DNA of 64,000 nucleotides from Octopus sinensis (Eukaryota), in contig NC_043008.1 of the NCBI RefSeq assembly GCF_006345805.1, positions 44,392,001 through 44,456,000 on the forward strand, read 5' to 3'. Below the pieces are notes generated by a model that worked only from the letters and a program-made list of their open reading frames with translations, was not told the DNA's origin and did not search any database. This document shows positions 39,990-53,690 of the stretch, piece after piece. A program made the translations under genes and the position numbers. Every line of letters starts with the position of its first letter. Position 1 is the first letter of the stretch.

Positions 39990-40510
39990 CACAGAATCCA
40001 TGAGTAAAAATGAGATTATAGACGGTCGATGACCTGGGAATGAAAATTGAACGATGTTTAGCGAGATGAAAGCAAGTTTTCACTGACCAAAGATGCTTGA
40101 GAGGTGGAAACACGAAACTGACCAACTCCCAAGACCAGAGGATATTGTAGTAGTGTTAGAAATGTCAACAAGAACGAGACGGAGATTGATCGATAGGGAG
40201 ATATAGAGGAGTGACCCGTCGGCAAGCCAAAGGCTTGAATGTATCTGTTTGTCATAGTATGCATTTTAGTCGATTGGACGTTTTCTGGATGTGGTCTACA
40301 ACCACAGGAGTGAGTAGCCACAGCGTCGTTCCAGATGTTGAAACAGAAATTTACTGTGTGCCTCACTTGAGGCTGGGGAAATGCATTATGAGGCGCCAAA
40401 TGTTTTCTGACTTTGAAAAAAGATAACTTTTGGAAAGCAGTGCTAGGTATGCTAAGGATATTTTTGACAAGAGAGAAATCTTTGGAGATAATGACACCTA
40501 ACACCTTGGG
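39990..40510 (-). mobile_element. CR1/Jockey-group LINE RT C-terminal remnant
   Basis: VLGVIISKDFSLVKNI..AFQKLSFFKVRKH..QVRHTVNFCFNIW..LDHIQK resembles LGV..LSWxxHI..IRPxxEYCSHIW..LDxxQ. Confidence 0.7.
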
Positions 40511-42775
40511 CGGCTGTGAAGTCGGTAATGTGGGTGCATGGCTTCGTGGTGCACTCATGATCTTAAGAGTGCGGTTTCAATTCTTAGGTCGGGTAATGTA
40601 TTGCGTTTTTGTGCAAAACGCTTCCTTTCACATTGTTCCACTCCACTCAGCGGGCAACGTTGAGAAATCCTGAGAAAGATTGGCATCCCATCCATGAGGG
40701 AAAAAACAGGAAAACCGGCTTTAAGAGTTTATAGGACTAGAGAAAGAGCTTTATCCATTTTTTAAATAAAGATGTAGCTCTTATGTTATTAGAACCATCT
40801 AAGAACAGATTGATCGGCTGTGAAGTAGATCGGCTGAGAGGTAAATATAGGAAGAGTTATACCACTATCGTGAAATATTTATAAGTTTAAAATTCAAATA
40901 AAACTAATTTCTCGCTGGTACATGTTCTGTTCAAACTACTCTCATATATACCCTCCCCCGCCTCCTACTGTTTCCCTATGATTCCTCCCCCCTCTCTCTC
41001 TTTATCTAATTATCTATCTATTTATGTATGTATCTATCTATGTATCTATTTCGCTCTGTATGTGTGTAGCGTTTTTTTTTTGCACATTGCCTGCCACTAA
41101 GCATAGTATGCGCGCTCATCCTGTTAATATATCCCTTATATTAACACCAGCTAAATCGCTCTTTTAATTCATCTCTCCTTCTTTCTGTATATGATTCGAA
41201 CGTGACTGGAGATATAAGCCAACCAACCAACCAAGTAACCAAACAACAAACCAGCATTTATTTCGGCTTTTATTAAATATACTCTTATGGCTTCTTATTT
41301 TAATTTGCAATTACGAAACTACAAAGTCAACTTTAGAATATGTTCTTGCATTTATTCTAAAGACATTATCCAAATGAACTTTGCATATTCTCCTATAATT
41401 GGTATCTTAACACGACGCATAATATATCGAGAATAACAATGAAGTGTTTGTCGATACCCTGTAACGTCGTCGCACAAGTATAGTATATAAGAGGCAGAGT
41501 GAAGATCTATGGACAGTTCATTATCTGCCTCACCATAGTATAGATGTCATTTTGATAAATGGATTACACAGAATATCATTTTAATATTGCAGACAGTTCA
41601 CGGTATATTTTTGCATATTTATCATTTAATATAAACTATGATGTGTATCCTATGATAAATATCTATTGGAAACTGTGAATAATGAACAACCGCGCTTTGT
41701 AATGGATCATGAAAATCGCAATCCGTAGTAATCGTGTGTTTGTGTATGTGTCTGTGAGTGTCTGTGTCTGCGTTTGTGTGTCTGTGTGTGTTTGTGTGTG
41801 TATGGATGTGTGTGCTTGTATGTGTGTGCAGGTGTGTGTGTAAGTGCTGCCATTTGAGTTATTGATCGGAAACAGATCAAGCAGAGCTGCATTCAGAAGA
41901 TCATTAAACATTCAGCCGTTTCTTACCTCGGGATTCCTCAGTTGTATCTACTCTTGTGTACCATTCAAATGAAGATAATGACAAGCACTGACAAAAGTTA
42001 ATACATTAAACGTAAGCAGAACAACACATTATTATTCGTATTGTCATTACTGTTGCTGTTGTGGCTGTTGTTGTTATTGACATCATCATCATCACCATTA
42101 CAATGATTTCTGGTTTAAAAGGTCAGTATCAACGCAAGAACATTAATACGAATTAATGCTCATGATATATGAAGTAAATAGAATTACATGAAAGTTAAAT
42201 TTCAATAGAATTTCTCCATGTTTGAAGGTTAATGTAATGCATAATTTTGTTAGATTATGAAATATTCTTTGTTGAATATATTTCAGCATTTGTCGTTTAT
42301 ATACACCTACATAAAACATGCATCTAGTCACAAAGGAAAGCCCTTACGCAGTCGCTAGACATGCTAGAAATAGCAGCCAGAGATTATGGAATTACGAATT
42401 TATTTTCATGAATAAAAAGCGATGGGAACGTAGAGAAAACCTGGAACAGGATACGAACTCAAAGCATTTGAAACAAGATCTTTATATCCTCCATAAAAAT
42501 TAACTGAGACCAAGCAACAACTCCAACAACATACACGAAGCAGATATATACAACTACACACACACGCACAAACAAACACACAGACGCACACATACACACG
42601 CACATATATATGGTTATGTAAGTGCATGTGTGTTTGTATGGTTGTGAGTGTGCATGCGTAAGTATGTATAATATATTTTACGCCATATATAGATATATGA
42701 ATCTGTATGTGCATATTTATCTGTCAATCTACCTTTTTATCTGTATGTCTATCTAGCTATCTATTAATACATATA

Positions 42776-43257
42776 TGGCAAATGAAACGCGGAAGATAGA
42801 ATATACGATAATTTATTACTAATCACGACAATTGTTTCGACACATCTAGCATCGATTCCCCCTGGGTGGGACACTGAACAACTGGTTCAGGAGCATCCGG
42901 TGGTGCAGATGTATCTCGTCGGGTGATAAATAAATACAACTCGTTGAAATGACTGTTCCGCAATGTAACTTTCCGTTTTGTTGAGAGAAAAGCAGCCAGA
43001 CAGAAGGAATATCTTCATTTATATAGATGATCAAAAATAAAATCCGTCTGGATGATTTTCTCTCTACAAAACGGAAAGTTACAGTGCGGAGCAGTCATTG
43101 TAATGAGTTGCATTTATCACCCGACGAGATATCTCTACACCACTGAGCCAGTTGTTGTGTGTCCCACAGATGAGGAATCGATGCTAGATCTGTCGAAACA
43201 ATTGTCGTAATTAATAATAAATTCTTGTATATTCCATCTCACGTCTTTCATTTACCA
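42776..43257. mobile_element. Palindromic MITE-like fold-back element, ~225-bp arms, ~40-bp spacer
   Basis: acgacaattgtttcgaca.atctagcatcgattcc, atctcgtcgggtgataaat and gtaactttccgttttgt on the left arm all occur reverse-complemented on the right arm. Confidence 0.9.
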
Positions 43258-43441
43258 TTTATATAACGATCACTGTGAAAGTGACCGTGCTTTACCAGTA
43301 AGCTACTAGGTGTAAGCTATTCGAATTATTATCTGTTAATATATATATTTCCCTCTCAGGTCCGTACACCACAGCGGATCTTCAGTTTTTCTAAGCCCTG
43401 TAAAAGAACACCCTTCAAATCAGGAAATGTTTAGTGTCATC

Positions 43442-43477
<36 letters not shown>

Positions 43478-43550
43478 ACCATGATAGATCGTTAGCCACT
43501 ACACACATTTTTTTCTCTCCTTGTTTCTCTCCTTGTTTTTTTCTGTGTCC

Positions 43551-43586
43551 CTTTCTGTAGAAGAGCCTAGGCTCGAAACGTAAAAG
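43551..43586 (+). ncRNA. Candidate minimal hammerhead (P1 copy within fragment 43505-43676)
   Basis: cttt-CUGUAGA-A-GAGC(CUAG)GCUC-GAAA-CGUA-aaag. Confidence 0.55.
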
Positions 43587-44288
43587 ACGTTTTCTATTCC
43601 TGACAGTTATACTAATACATCTCTTTGTTTTGTACACCACCTGTCTTCGTCTTTTGCTTTTTTCATAAACGCTCCCTATATATATATCTATCTATATATA
43701 TATCTATATATATCTATATGTATATGTGCGTGTGTGTGTGGGTGTATGTGTGGGTGTGTATGCATATAATTTTATAAATCTCAAGTTTAATAATACTTTG
43801 TAAGTTCAAGTTTCATACTTTGTTAACGTTAACCCAGCGCCTGTCGAAACACCCATATCACTATTTCAACAATTTCTGAACATAGTGAACAGAGGAATTT
43901 TTAAGTTGTGATACATAGGAAAATTGATATCAAAATATGCAAGATGGATTATCCTTAACGGTCTATATCAAATGTTCGTTCTTTCATTCTTGATTAATCT
44001 ATTTTCGTTCGTATAAACACATATTACTTCCACAACCGCATATCTATGCATCTTCACACAAACAACACATAATCGCACACACAAATATACACACAGACAT
44101 ACACGCAAAGACACAACAGTTTATATATAGAGTACCTTAAGTAAGTAAACATGAATCTGTATTTAATACGAGTCTATAAGAAACACACACATACATATAT
44201 ATATTGTATATATATACTGTATATATGTGTATATATATATACATATACATATATATATATACATATACACACACACCACACACACACA

Positions 44289-44327
<39 letters not shown>

Positions 44328-45194
44328 TATATACATATATATATATGTATATATATGGCAAACGCACACATACACACATATATTTATATAGTTATACATA
44401 CTTATTTTAGAAAGATTTCGAAGGAAATTATATCGGAAGTCTGTAAGTCTGCCAGTCACGAAGCTGAAATAAACTCATGCATATCCTTAAGTAAATGCAA
44501 ATTAAATAAATAAATAAAAAACATTTAAAGAAAGGAGAGGAAGAAAATATTAAAAAGTGACATAAATTGCTGTTGCTGAAAGACGACGAAGTTGTTGCTA
44601 GCATCTCTACTCTAATTCCTTGCACATCGACTGCCTTATGCAAATCATTTCTGCCGTTCGCTCTCGCTTCTTTCCCCACAACCCGTGTCGTCATCAACGC
44701 TTTGATCAAAGGATATATATATATTTTCAAACGGCACCGTAAACATTTGTGTGTTGCAAGCAAAACTGCAAATCACTGAAGGATAATATTCAATGCCAAA
44801 CCTTCACTAAGTCTACCATATGTAAATATAAAAAAAAGCTAAATAAAAAAAAACAAGGTTAGTCAAAATACACGTGATTCTATGTCTGTGATCGATATAA
44901 GCTTAGGTAATGGAATAAAATTGAAAATGTGAGTTAACTGGATTTCTGCTTAGTGCGTGTCTTTTGTATAATGTGACTAATTCACAATTTCTTTTTTTGC
45001 ATTTTCTTTTAAAACATGGCTATATTTGTGTGATTCAGAAATTTCGTCTTTTGACAACATGGGTTCGATTTTAGGTACACTGCCAAGCGACACACCCTCA
45101 ATGAGTGGCTTTTACTGTTCTCATTGGCCGCCTAATCTCTTGTGAATCAATTTAGTTCACAGAAACTATTTTCATGCCCTTCATATATATATAC

Positions 45195-45286
<92 letters not shown>

Positions 45287-45650
45287 ATGTCTATCTATTT
45301 ATTTATCTATCTATTGTCTATCGATCTATATTTCTACCCCTCTCGCTCATATACATCGAGAGAAGGAGAGGAATATATATATATATATACTTTCGGATTA
45401 CATCACCTTCTTCATTCGGAGTTCGCCATTTCTGCACCTCGCTTGCGAATCACCAGAATTTGTCCCTGACTCTTCCTCTTCACTCATCTTTCTTCGACTT
45501 ATCTTCTATTCTACTTCCAGTCTCCTTTATTTTCCCCTTCCTCGACATCACCCATACCTACACTCATATTCACACCATCAAACATGTGGATTGTTCACGA
45601 TTTTTTTTTCTTCCGTTTTCCTTTTCACCTGCACTTTCGCCCGTCTCCTA

Positions 45651-45680
45651 TTTCTGAAGAGCTTTGCTCGAAACGTAAAG
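45651..45680 (+). ncRNA. Candidate minimal hammerhead with canonical core (P1-related fragment 45560-45770)
   Basis: ttt-CUGAAGA-G(CUUUGCU)C-GAAA-CGUA-aag; all core nucleotides canonical, 1-bp stem II. Confidence 0.55.
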
Positions 45681-45926
45681 CCACCTTTCTTTCCTTCCCT
45701 GAACGCCTGATGCGTGTTCTTCTTTTTCAGTTTCTTCATCATTATTCTTATATATTATTCATTATTCCTATATATATGACCTCGAACCCTTAAGACTAAA
45801 CAAGAGAGACGGAAACAAGCAGAAACAAGGAAAATGTCCCTTGTAATTGAACACTATGCAAATATTATTAAAAAGAAAAAAAACTTTTCGTTTATTTTTC
45901 CAAAATGGAATTGTTTTCCATACTTC

Positions 45927-45962
45927 CAGTTGAAAAAGTCTCGATGACTGAAACCGGTACTG
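45927..45962 (+). ncRNA. Candidate hammerhead with U3-A8 core
   Basis: cag-UUGAAAA-AGUC(UCGAU)GACU-GAAA-CCGGUA-ctg; all three stems can form. Confidence 0.45.
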
Positions 45963-46010
45963 AAATGTTTTTTATAAAATTATTTTAGCATTTTCTGTCT
46001 TGACTTTTTT

Positions 46011-46054
<44 letters not shown>

Positions 46055-46844
46055 GTAGATAGATATACATATCAATGTGTATGTATCTGTGTAGTTACAG
46101 ATGTGTGTGTATTTATGTGTGTATCTGTCTCTGTGTGTCTGTGTGTGTATTTTGGTGCTGTCCTTGACACCGTTGCTAGAAAGTCGTTGTTTGTGTTATA
46201 TGTATTTATGCTGAGTATAACAGAGAGAGAGAGATAGAGAGATAGATTCAGAGAGGGTATGTTAGGAGGAAAGATTGTATGTTAGGGAATAAAGAGGGGG
46301 GAAATCATGGTGGAGTGAGAGTAGGGGAGAGAGGGAGAAAGTGAGAGAGGAAATAAACTATTGGCGTGGAAAGATATTGACACACTTCAACCTGCTTATA
46401 CATTTCCAGACGTGCAAGAATATGTCATTAAAATATGATATACAAGAAATAGAGTTTTATAAATACACAGAGTAAACATGGCGTGTTCATTCACAGCAAG
46501 TAATCACGTTCATACGATGATTATAAGTAGCAATAAAACTTCCTAATATAAGCACTACCAGATTGCGCGAGGGAGCGTGCATGCGTTCGCGTGTCTGTAG
46601 GCTGTTGATTCGTGTTCGATGCATTTTGCGACTGTAATTAATAGTTTTCGGTTTCCGTTTGTTCAAAAGCTCGAACTTCTAAAATTCTGTGTTAAGCTGC
46701 AGCACACATCAGTGGGATTAACATACTCACATGTTTCCATATGTATTTGTGATGTACGTTTTTGTTGCAATCTGATCAGAAATGTTAAACATCTCATGCA
46801 CACACTCACACACACGCAAACACATACACACATGTATCTATCGC

Positions 46845-46975
46845 CGAGAGGCTTCTTTCAGTTTCCTTCTACCAAATCCACTCACTAAGCAGTGGTCAGC
46901 CCGAACTGTAGCTGGACGCAGTTGGCCAGGTATGCCATGGACTGAAACCTGTAACATCTGATTAGGAAACATAAT
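46845..46975 (-). mobile_element. SINE family A, 5' part, diverged
   Basis: ggcttctttcagtttccttctaccaaatccactcac. Confidence 0.7.
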
Positions 46976-47014
46976 TGCTATTACACACACATTCTGGGCG
47001 TATGCTTGTGCGTA

Positions 47015-47082
<68 letters not shown>

Positions 47083-47083
47083 A

Positions 47084-47136
<53 letters not shown>

Positions 47137-47192
47137 ATCTACAAACTAACTAAATATCTAGCTATCTTTCTATCTAGCTATCTATCTATCGA

Positions 47193-47228
<36 letters not shown>

Positions 47229-47307
47229 ACTAACTATCTATCTATCTTTCTAACTATCTCACTATCTATATATCGATCTTTTATCTCTCTCTCTCTATCT
47301 ATCTACC

Positions 47308-47390
<83 letters not shown>

Positions 47391-47739
47391 GCGTGTGTGT
47401 TTGTGTTTGTGTTTGTGTTTGTGTGTTTATGTACACATATAAACATGCAGAAGCATGAAGTATACCAACTGAAATATATCAACAGCTGTTTCACAGTTGT
47501 CACCGATGAAGAGGTTTTCGATTTCATCGGTCATTTAATACTCTATTTAAAATATCTTGTAAGATAGAAAGAGAAAGTGCATAACTGTATGCTTATGCTA
47601 GAGTCCAAAAGTTAATGGAATGTCTTACACATTCCTTTGCTTATCTGAAAAAATATATTTGTTGGGTTATTGAAAATAGCTCCACATTGTATATAAGAAC
47701 TGCATACAGGTGCAATATGCATGCATACTCACCTGTATT

Positions 47740-48075
47740 TATATGGTTCCCGGTTCATTTCCACTACGAGGCACCTTGGGCAAGTGTCTTCTACTTGTGA
47801 GTGGATTTGCTAGACGGAAACTGAAAGAAGCCCGTCGTATATATGTATATGTGTCTGTATGTGTGTGTATATGTTTGTGTGTCTTTGTTTGTCCTCCAAC
47901 ATCACTTGACAGCCGATGGTGGTGTGTTTACCTCCCCGTAACTTAGCGGTTCGGCAAAAGAAACCGATAGAAAAAGCACTAGGCTTCCAAAGTATAAGCC
48001 CTGGGGTCGATTTGCTAGACTGAAGGCGGTGCTCCAACACGGCCGCAGTCAAATGACTGAAACAAGTAAAAGACT
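47740..48075 (+). mobile_element. SINE family A, internally deleted
   Basis: Head, body and tail motifs as at 33196. Confidence 0.88.
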
Positions 48076-48216
48076 GAGAGAGAGAGAGTATGTCAGTGTG
48101 TGTATATATATGATGTGTGTGCATATTTGAATGGTTCTATACATACATATATATAGACATATTTATATATATATATAGACATGTATATATATGGATAAAT
48201 ATATATATGTGCATAA

Positions 48217-48247
<31 letters not shown>

Positions 48248-48730
48248 CATGAATAATTCATTTAAAGAAATATATGTAAATGCAAACACACGCACACACA
48301 AGTATATGTTTATATATAGTTCAAAAAATTATGTGTACTTGTATTTATATATGATACAAAATAAATGGAACTCTATAAAAATGCTCAATAAAGAAAAGAA
48401 ATCTATGAATTTAATTTTTTTTACTTTTTTCCTGGCACCACGTTTTATTGATTTTTTTAAAAAGTTCTTTTGCAACAATGTCATCTAATGGAAATGAAGT
48501 CTCTTCTACTTCCGTCGTTCTTGCTGTCATAAACTTTGATGGTGACATCACTTGTCAGTTTAGATTTCATTAGTATTAAAATGCGATGGAATTCTCGGGA
48601 AAAAGAAACTGACGACACTCGTTCCGTGCCTTTGCGCATTTACATTGTTAGTTCAGATTCTTCTGCAATAAAATTTAACTTCCATTATTCCAGGCTTAAG
48701 TATTGGGGTGAATATAATAGACCTGCCCCT

Positions 48731-49142
48731 TAGGCGGCGAGCTGGCAGAAACGTTAGTACGCCGGGCCAAATGCGTAGCCGTATTTCGTCTGCCGTTACG
48801 TTCTGAGTTCAAATTCGGCCGAGGTCGACTTTGTCTTTCATCCTTTCAGGGTCGATGAATTAAGTACTAGTTACGCACTGGGGTCGATATAATCGAGTTA
48901 ATCCCTTTGTCTGTCCTTGTTTGTCCTGTCTGTGTTTAGCCCCTTGTGGGTAATAAAGAAACACGTATTTCGTCTGCCGTTACGTTCTGGGTTCAAATTC
49001 CGCCGAGGTCGACTTTGCCTTACATCCTTTCGGGTCGATAAATTAAGATCCAGTTACGCACTGGAGTCGATATAATCGACTTAATCCCTTTGTCTGTCCT
49101 TGTTTGTCTCGTCTGTTTAGCCTCTTGTGGGTAGTAAAGAAA
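48731..49142 (+). mobile_element. Dimeric SINE family B
   Basis: Head plus two body-tail units; imperfect flanking duplication tataatagacctgccc / tataatatgcctgccc. Confidence 0.9.
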
Positions 49143-49712
49143 TATATAATATGCCTGCCCTCACTTTCCGAAAGTGATGGCCTTGTGCCAAAATTTGAAA
49201 TGAAGTTAACGAAGTGCAGAGTGTCCGCAAAGTGTTCGAGGACATCTCTTCCGAAATGTTTCACGTTCAAATTCCTTGGAGGTCAAATAAACGTTTCAAG
49301 GAAAGAATGATTTGCCTCTTTTGTTTCGGGATTTTCGTCCTGAGTTCAAATTCTCCTGAAGTGAACATCCTATGTGGTCAATAAAGTACAAGTCAAACAC
49401 GGGATCAATGATATCGACTAACACCCTTCATTTAAAACTGATGGCCTTGTGCATACATTATAAATAATTATTTCAAAGGGGATGGATTGTAAGAAAATTT
49501 GTTTTTGTTTTATTTTTAAAAAAATAATAACAACAATTAGGTGTAAACACATGAACGAAATAAAAATAAACAAAAACAAAAAACAAATTACACGAACGTA
49601 TATAAACAGAAGATACAAATATTACAGGCACTTCCCCCACCACACAATAGAAATACAAAATGGCTGACGGTTAGTAAGGAGAAACACACAAATAAGAAAG
49701 AAGAAAGCAAAA

Positions 49713-49930
49713 ACCTCTGATGCGGTCCTTTGACGAAAGAACTCTGGCGGAAATAAGATTAAAATTAATGTAAAAAATAAATAACACTGAAGCAAAGTAA
49801 CACCAAATATATAGTGCGTGTGTTTTTATTGGCTACACTGGCGAAATGACCATTCCGAAATACAACAGTATCTGTTTCAACACACGATTTCACATAAAAA
49901 ATCTTCCAAAACAAATATATGAACGTATTT
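49713..49930 (+). mobile_element. Family P2 fragment with degenerate hammerhead (49717-49747)
   Basis: CUGAUGC-G-GUC(CUUU)GAC-GAAA-GAACUC-UGG, then the same downstream sequence as the minus strand of 16862-17030. Confidence 0.75.
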
Positions 49931-50819
49931 TTACTTATTATTTACGTTATTCGTAAATGAGTTTTATTGTTCCCGCCCAGAAAATAATCAATATCTGATT
50001 GACAGAGAGACATGCCTTACAAATATTGAAAATAGCGACTTGATTCATATCCGAAATGTAGGTAAATGCCAGCATTTATATGACACTGTGATACAGTTCA
50101 GACACCTAATGGGAATCAGTTAACATTGACGAGGAGTGAGATCCAGTTCTAGATATAATATACAATTAATTAAACATTATGATATGTTAATGAATGCTGC
50201 ACATTAAAATTAATTACCCAGTTACTATTCCCGCCTGTCAAATACAAGGTTGCATAAATCAAAACAGAGTTAATTCGTTCAAAAGAGATTTAGAAGCATT
50301 GTAAGTATTGTTGTTTTATATCTGGCTTCCAAGATGCTTCATGTGAAACCATGTGTTGAGGTAGATTTTGTTGTATATTGGGAGGGTCATCATGGAAATG
50401 AAAACTCAGGCACTGAGTGTATTTCACTTCTTTTATTGCAGTTAGTCAAGTAGTTAAACATTTAACCAGTTAACAGACAGATTGTTTTATTAATTTTACG
50501 GTTTATTGTAACCAGACCAAATAAGAATTTCTAAATTCTGGTGCAAGGCGAAAGTGTTTTGGAAGATGTGTTGGAGTAAGTAAAATTGGCACCGGAAGTA
50601 ATGAAAAGATAATCGTGATGAACGTAATTTTAATTTAAAATCTTAATAAGAATATACACGATCTCTCGATTTTGAAACACCATTTCTATAAAAAAAAAAA
50701 GGTAATGACTATATTGTGCATCTACAGAAACAAAGAGAGTTGAAGATTACTGGATTTGTTGATATAGAAATACATGTACCACCGACCAACCGATTTAATG
50801 GGTCATTATGAAGGGAGAT

Positions 50820-51211
50820 GTGGAGGCGCAATGGCCCACTGGTTAGGGCAGCGGACTCGCGGTCGTAGGATCGCGGTTTCGATTCCCAGACCGGGCGTTG
50901 TGAGTGTTTATTGAGCGAAAACACCTAAAGCTCCACGAGGCTCCGGCAGGGGATGGTGGTGATCTCTGCTGTACTCTTTCACCACAACTTTCTCTCACTC
51001 TTACTTCCTGTTTCTGTTGTACCTGTATTTCAAAGGGCCGGCCTTGTCACTCTCTGTGTCACGCTGAATATCCCCGAGAACTACGTTAAGCGTGCACGTG
51101 TCTGTGGAGTGCTCAGCCACTTACACGTTAATTTCACGAGCAGGCTGTTCCGTTGATTCGGATCAACCGGGACCCTCGTCGTCGTAACCGACGGAGTGCT
51201 TCCATCCATCC
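50820..51211 (+). mobile_element. SINE family C, full length, with 12-bp TSD and (TCCA)n tail
   Basis: TSD atgaagggagat at 50808-50819 and 51212-51223. Confidence 0.93.
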
Positions 51212-51985
51212 ATGAAGGGAGATAATTTGGTAAAAGCCATTTGTAAGTAAAAACGGTATAAAGTATGTGGAAAGCAAAATAAAAAAAATATACAGAATAC
51301 GAAAAAAAATCTCGCTAGAATTAAGACAGGAATATTTACAACATGGATGATTCGGAAGTTGGAAACCATAAGAAAAATATTCTGTCGACGTCTTCGGAAG
51401 TATAAGGAGTCGATTGTCTACATTATAAGTATCGACGGAAAAACTCTTCGATGTTTGAATTTGCAGTTGTGTAGATTTAACTACGTTCCTGTGTGTGGAA
51501 ATAATATTGATCTGACGACGAGGAGAAAACTTTCTGAGTTTCTGTATATTTATATACACACAGACGCAGACACAGATACACGCATACACGCACTCACACA
51601 CGCGGGAACAAACAAACACGCAATTGCACATACACCATATACATAATCTTTTCAGAATCATGACATGTATATGTATGTTTATATATAGGAATACAAACTC
51701 ACACACCCACACACACGACACACACACTCATATGTTGTGCATATATATATATACATTTATATATATATATATATATATATATAGTAGAAGACACTTAAGG
51801 CCCAAGGTAGCACACAGTGAAACTGAACCGGAGACATGTGCTTGGAAAGTGAACGTTTTATCACTCAACTACAACTACGCTTCAATATATATATATATGT
51901 GTGTACGTATATGTTACACATATATATATATATATGTACATGTATATATATATCTAATATATATGTACATATATATATACATATA

Positions 51986-52018
<33 letters not shown>

Positions 52019-52347
52019 ATGCACATGTACGTGTCACAGAGAGAGAGAGAGAGAGGGGGAAGGAAGGAGAGTGAGTGTGTCTGCCTGTATATGTATATAT
52101 ATATGTAGTTTGTGTATCTATATTTGTATATATGGTCATGTAAAGGTGTATTGATATAGAAATGCAAACAAGTGTGTATGGATTATACATACGAAACATA
52201 AGAATGTATAAGCGTACTTCTCTGCATTATTACATATATATATATATATGTAAGCCTATATACAAATTTATTTATATACATTTGAAAGTGTGAATGTTTG
52301 GCTATATAACAGTAGTTATCTATTTACACGTATGGCTCTTTCATTAT

Positions 52348-52409
<62 letters not shown>

Positions 52410-52794
52410 CTAGGTAAATAACATTTCAGTAAAGAGATTGTAGACATTCAGTCACGTTTTCTTTAATATTTAAAAAAATTTTTACAGGAAGTGTCTCAAA
52501 TTTTAAATTTTTGCAACTCAAATCTGTTTCATGTTTGAATATCACCGTATATAAATACACAATGGAACACAAAAAAAAAACATTCCTATGGGAAATGACA
52601 CATTCGCACGAGGCTATTTGGTGAGAATTTTGTTTAAGAGATTGGAAAATATGGACGAAAGTAAACAACATAATTCAGCCCCACGTTTTAGTTTTCTCAA
52701 TTCTTTCAACTTGGTGCATTCCGATAGAAGCATGAAAGCCTGGCAAGGTGGCGTTGTATGTAAGTCTATATGCCATATGCATACATATATATAT

Positions 52795-53160
52795 GCAGGA
52801 GTGGATGTGTGGTAAGTAGCTTGTCTACCAACCACATGGTTCCGGGTTCAGTCCCACTGCGTGGCATCTTGGGCAAGTGTCTTCTGCTATAGCGCCGGGC
52901 TGACCAATGCCTTGTGGGTGGATTTGGTAGACGGAAACTGAAAGAAGCCTGTCGTATATATGTATATATATATGTGTATGTGTGTGTGTGTGTTGACAAC
53001 CGATGCTGGTGTGTTTACGTCCCCGTCACTTAGCAAAGAGACCGATAGAATAGTACTGGGCTTACAAAGAATAAGTCCCGGGGTCGATTTGCTCGACTAA
53101 AGGCGGTGCTCCAGCATGGCTGCAGTCAAATGACTGAAACAAGTAAAAGAGTAAGAGTAA
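52795..53160 (+). mobile_element. SINE family A
   Basis: Consensus head and tail with a small internal deletion. Confidence 0.9.
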
Positions 53161-53163
53161 AGA

Positions 53164-53217
<54 letters not shown>

Positions 53218-53314
53218 ATTGTATACATATGTATACAAACAAACACCAACATAAATGTATATAATGCCAGCTGTACTTTGACGTATAAAGCATATATTTT
53301 TGACGATATAGAGT

Positions 53315-53690
53315 ATAGGCGTAGGAGTGGCTGTGTGGTGAGTAGCTTGCTTACCAACCACCTTGGGCAAGTGTCTTCTACTATAGACTCGGGCCGACCA
53401 AAGCCTTGTGAGTGGATTTGGTAGGTGCAAACTGAAAGAAGCCCGTCGTATATATGTATATATATGTATATGTATGTGTATGTGTATATGTTTGTGTGTC
53501 TGTGTTTGTCCCCCCAACATCGCTTGACAACTGATGCTGGTATGTTTACGCCCCCGCAACTTAGCGGTTCGGCAAAAGAGACCGATAGAATAATTACTAG
53601 GCTTACAAAGAATAAGTCCTGGGGTCGATTTTCTCGACGAAAAGGTGGTGCTCCAGCATGGCCACAGTCAAATGACTGAAAAGAGTAGCA
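53315..53690 (+). mobile_element. SINE family A
   Basis: Consensus head and tail; lacks the B-box segment between ccaacca and ccttgggc. Confidence 0.9.

Noticed and set aside
43167-43210. Hammerhead in the 42.8-43.3 kb fold-back (CAGAUGA..GAAACAAUUGUC)
   Set aside because: U4 is replaced, stems I and II do not pair, and the opposite arm lacks the core
47498-47530. 9-bp hairpin accgatgaa/ttcatcggt resembling a hammerhead core
   Set aside because: No GAAA after the putative stem II; a short palindrome like this is expected by chance
48430-48662. Strong minus-strand acceptor followed by short ORFs (MTARTTEVEETSFPLDDIVAKELFKK..)
   Set aside because: No convincing donor and no phase match to other candidate exons
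50006-50445. Chain of phase-compatible plus-strand mini-exons (50006-50061 and about 50250-50300)
   Set aside because: Poor acceptors, an immediate stop in the next exon and an unrecognisable peptide; consistent with chance
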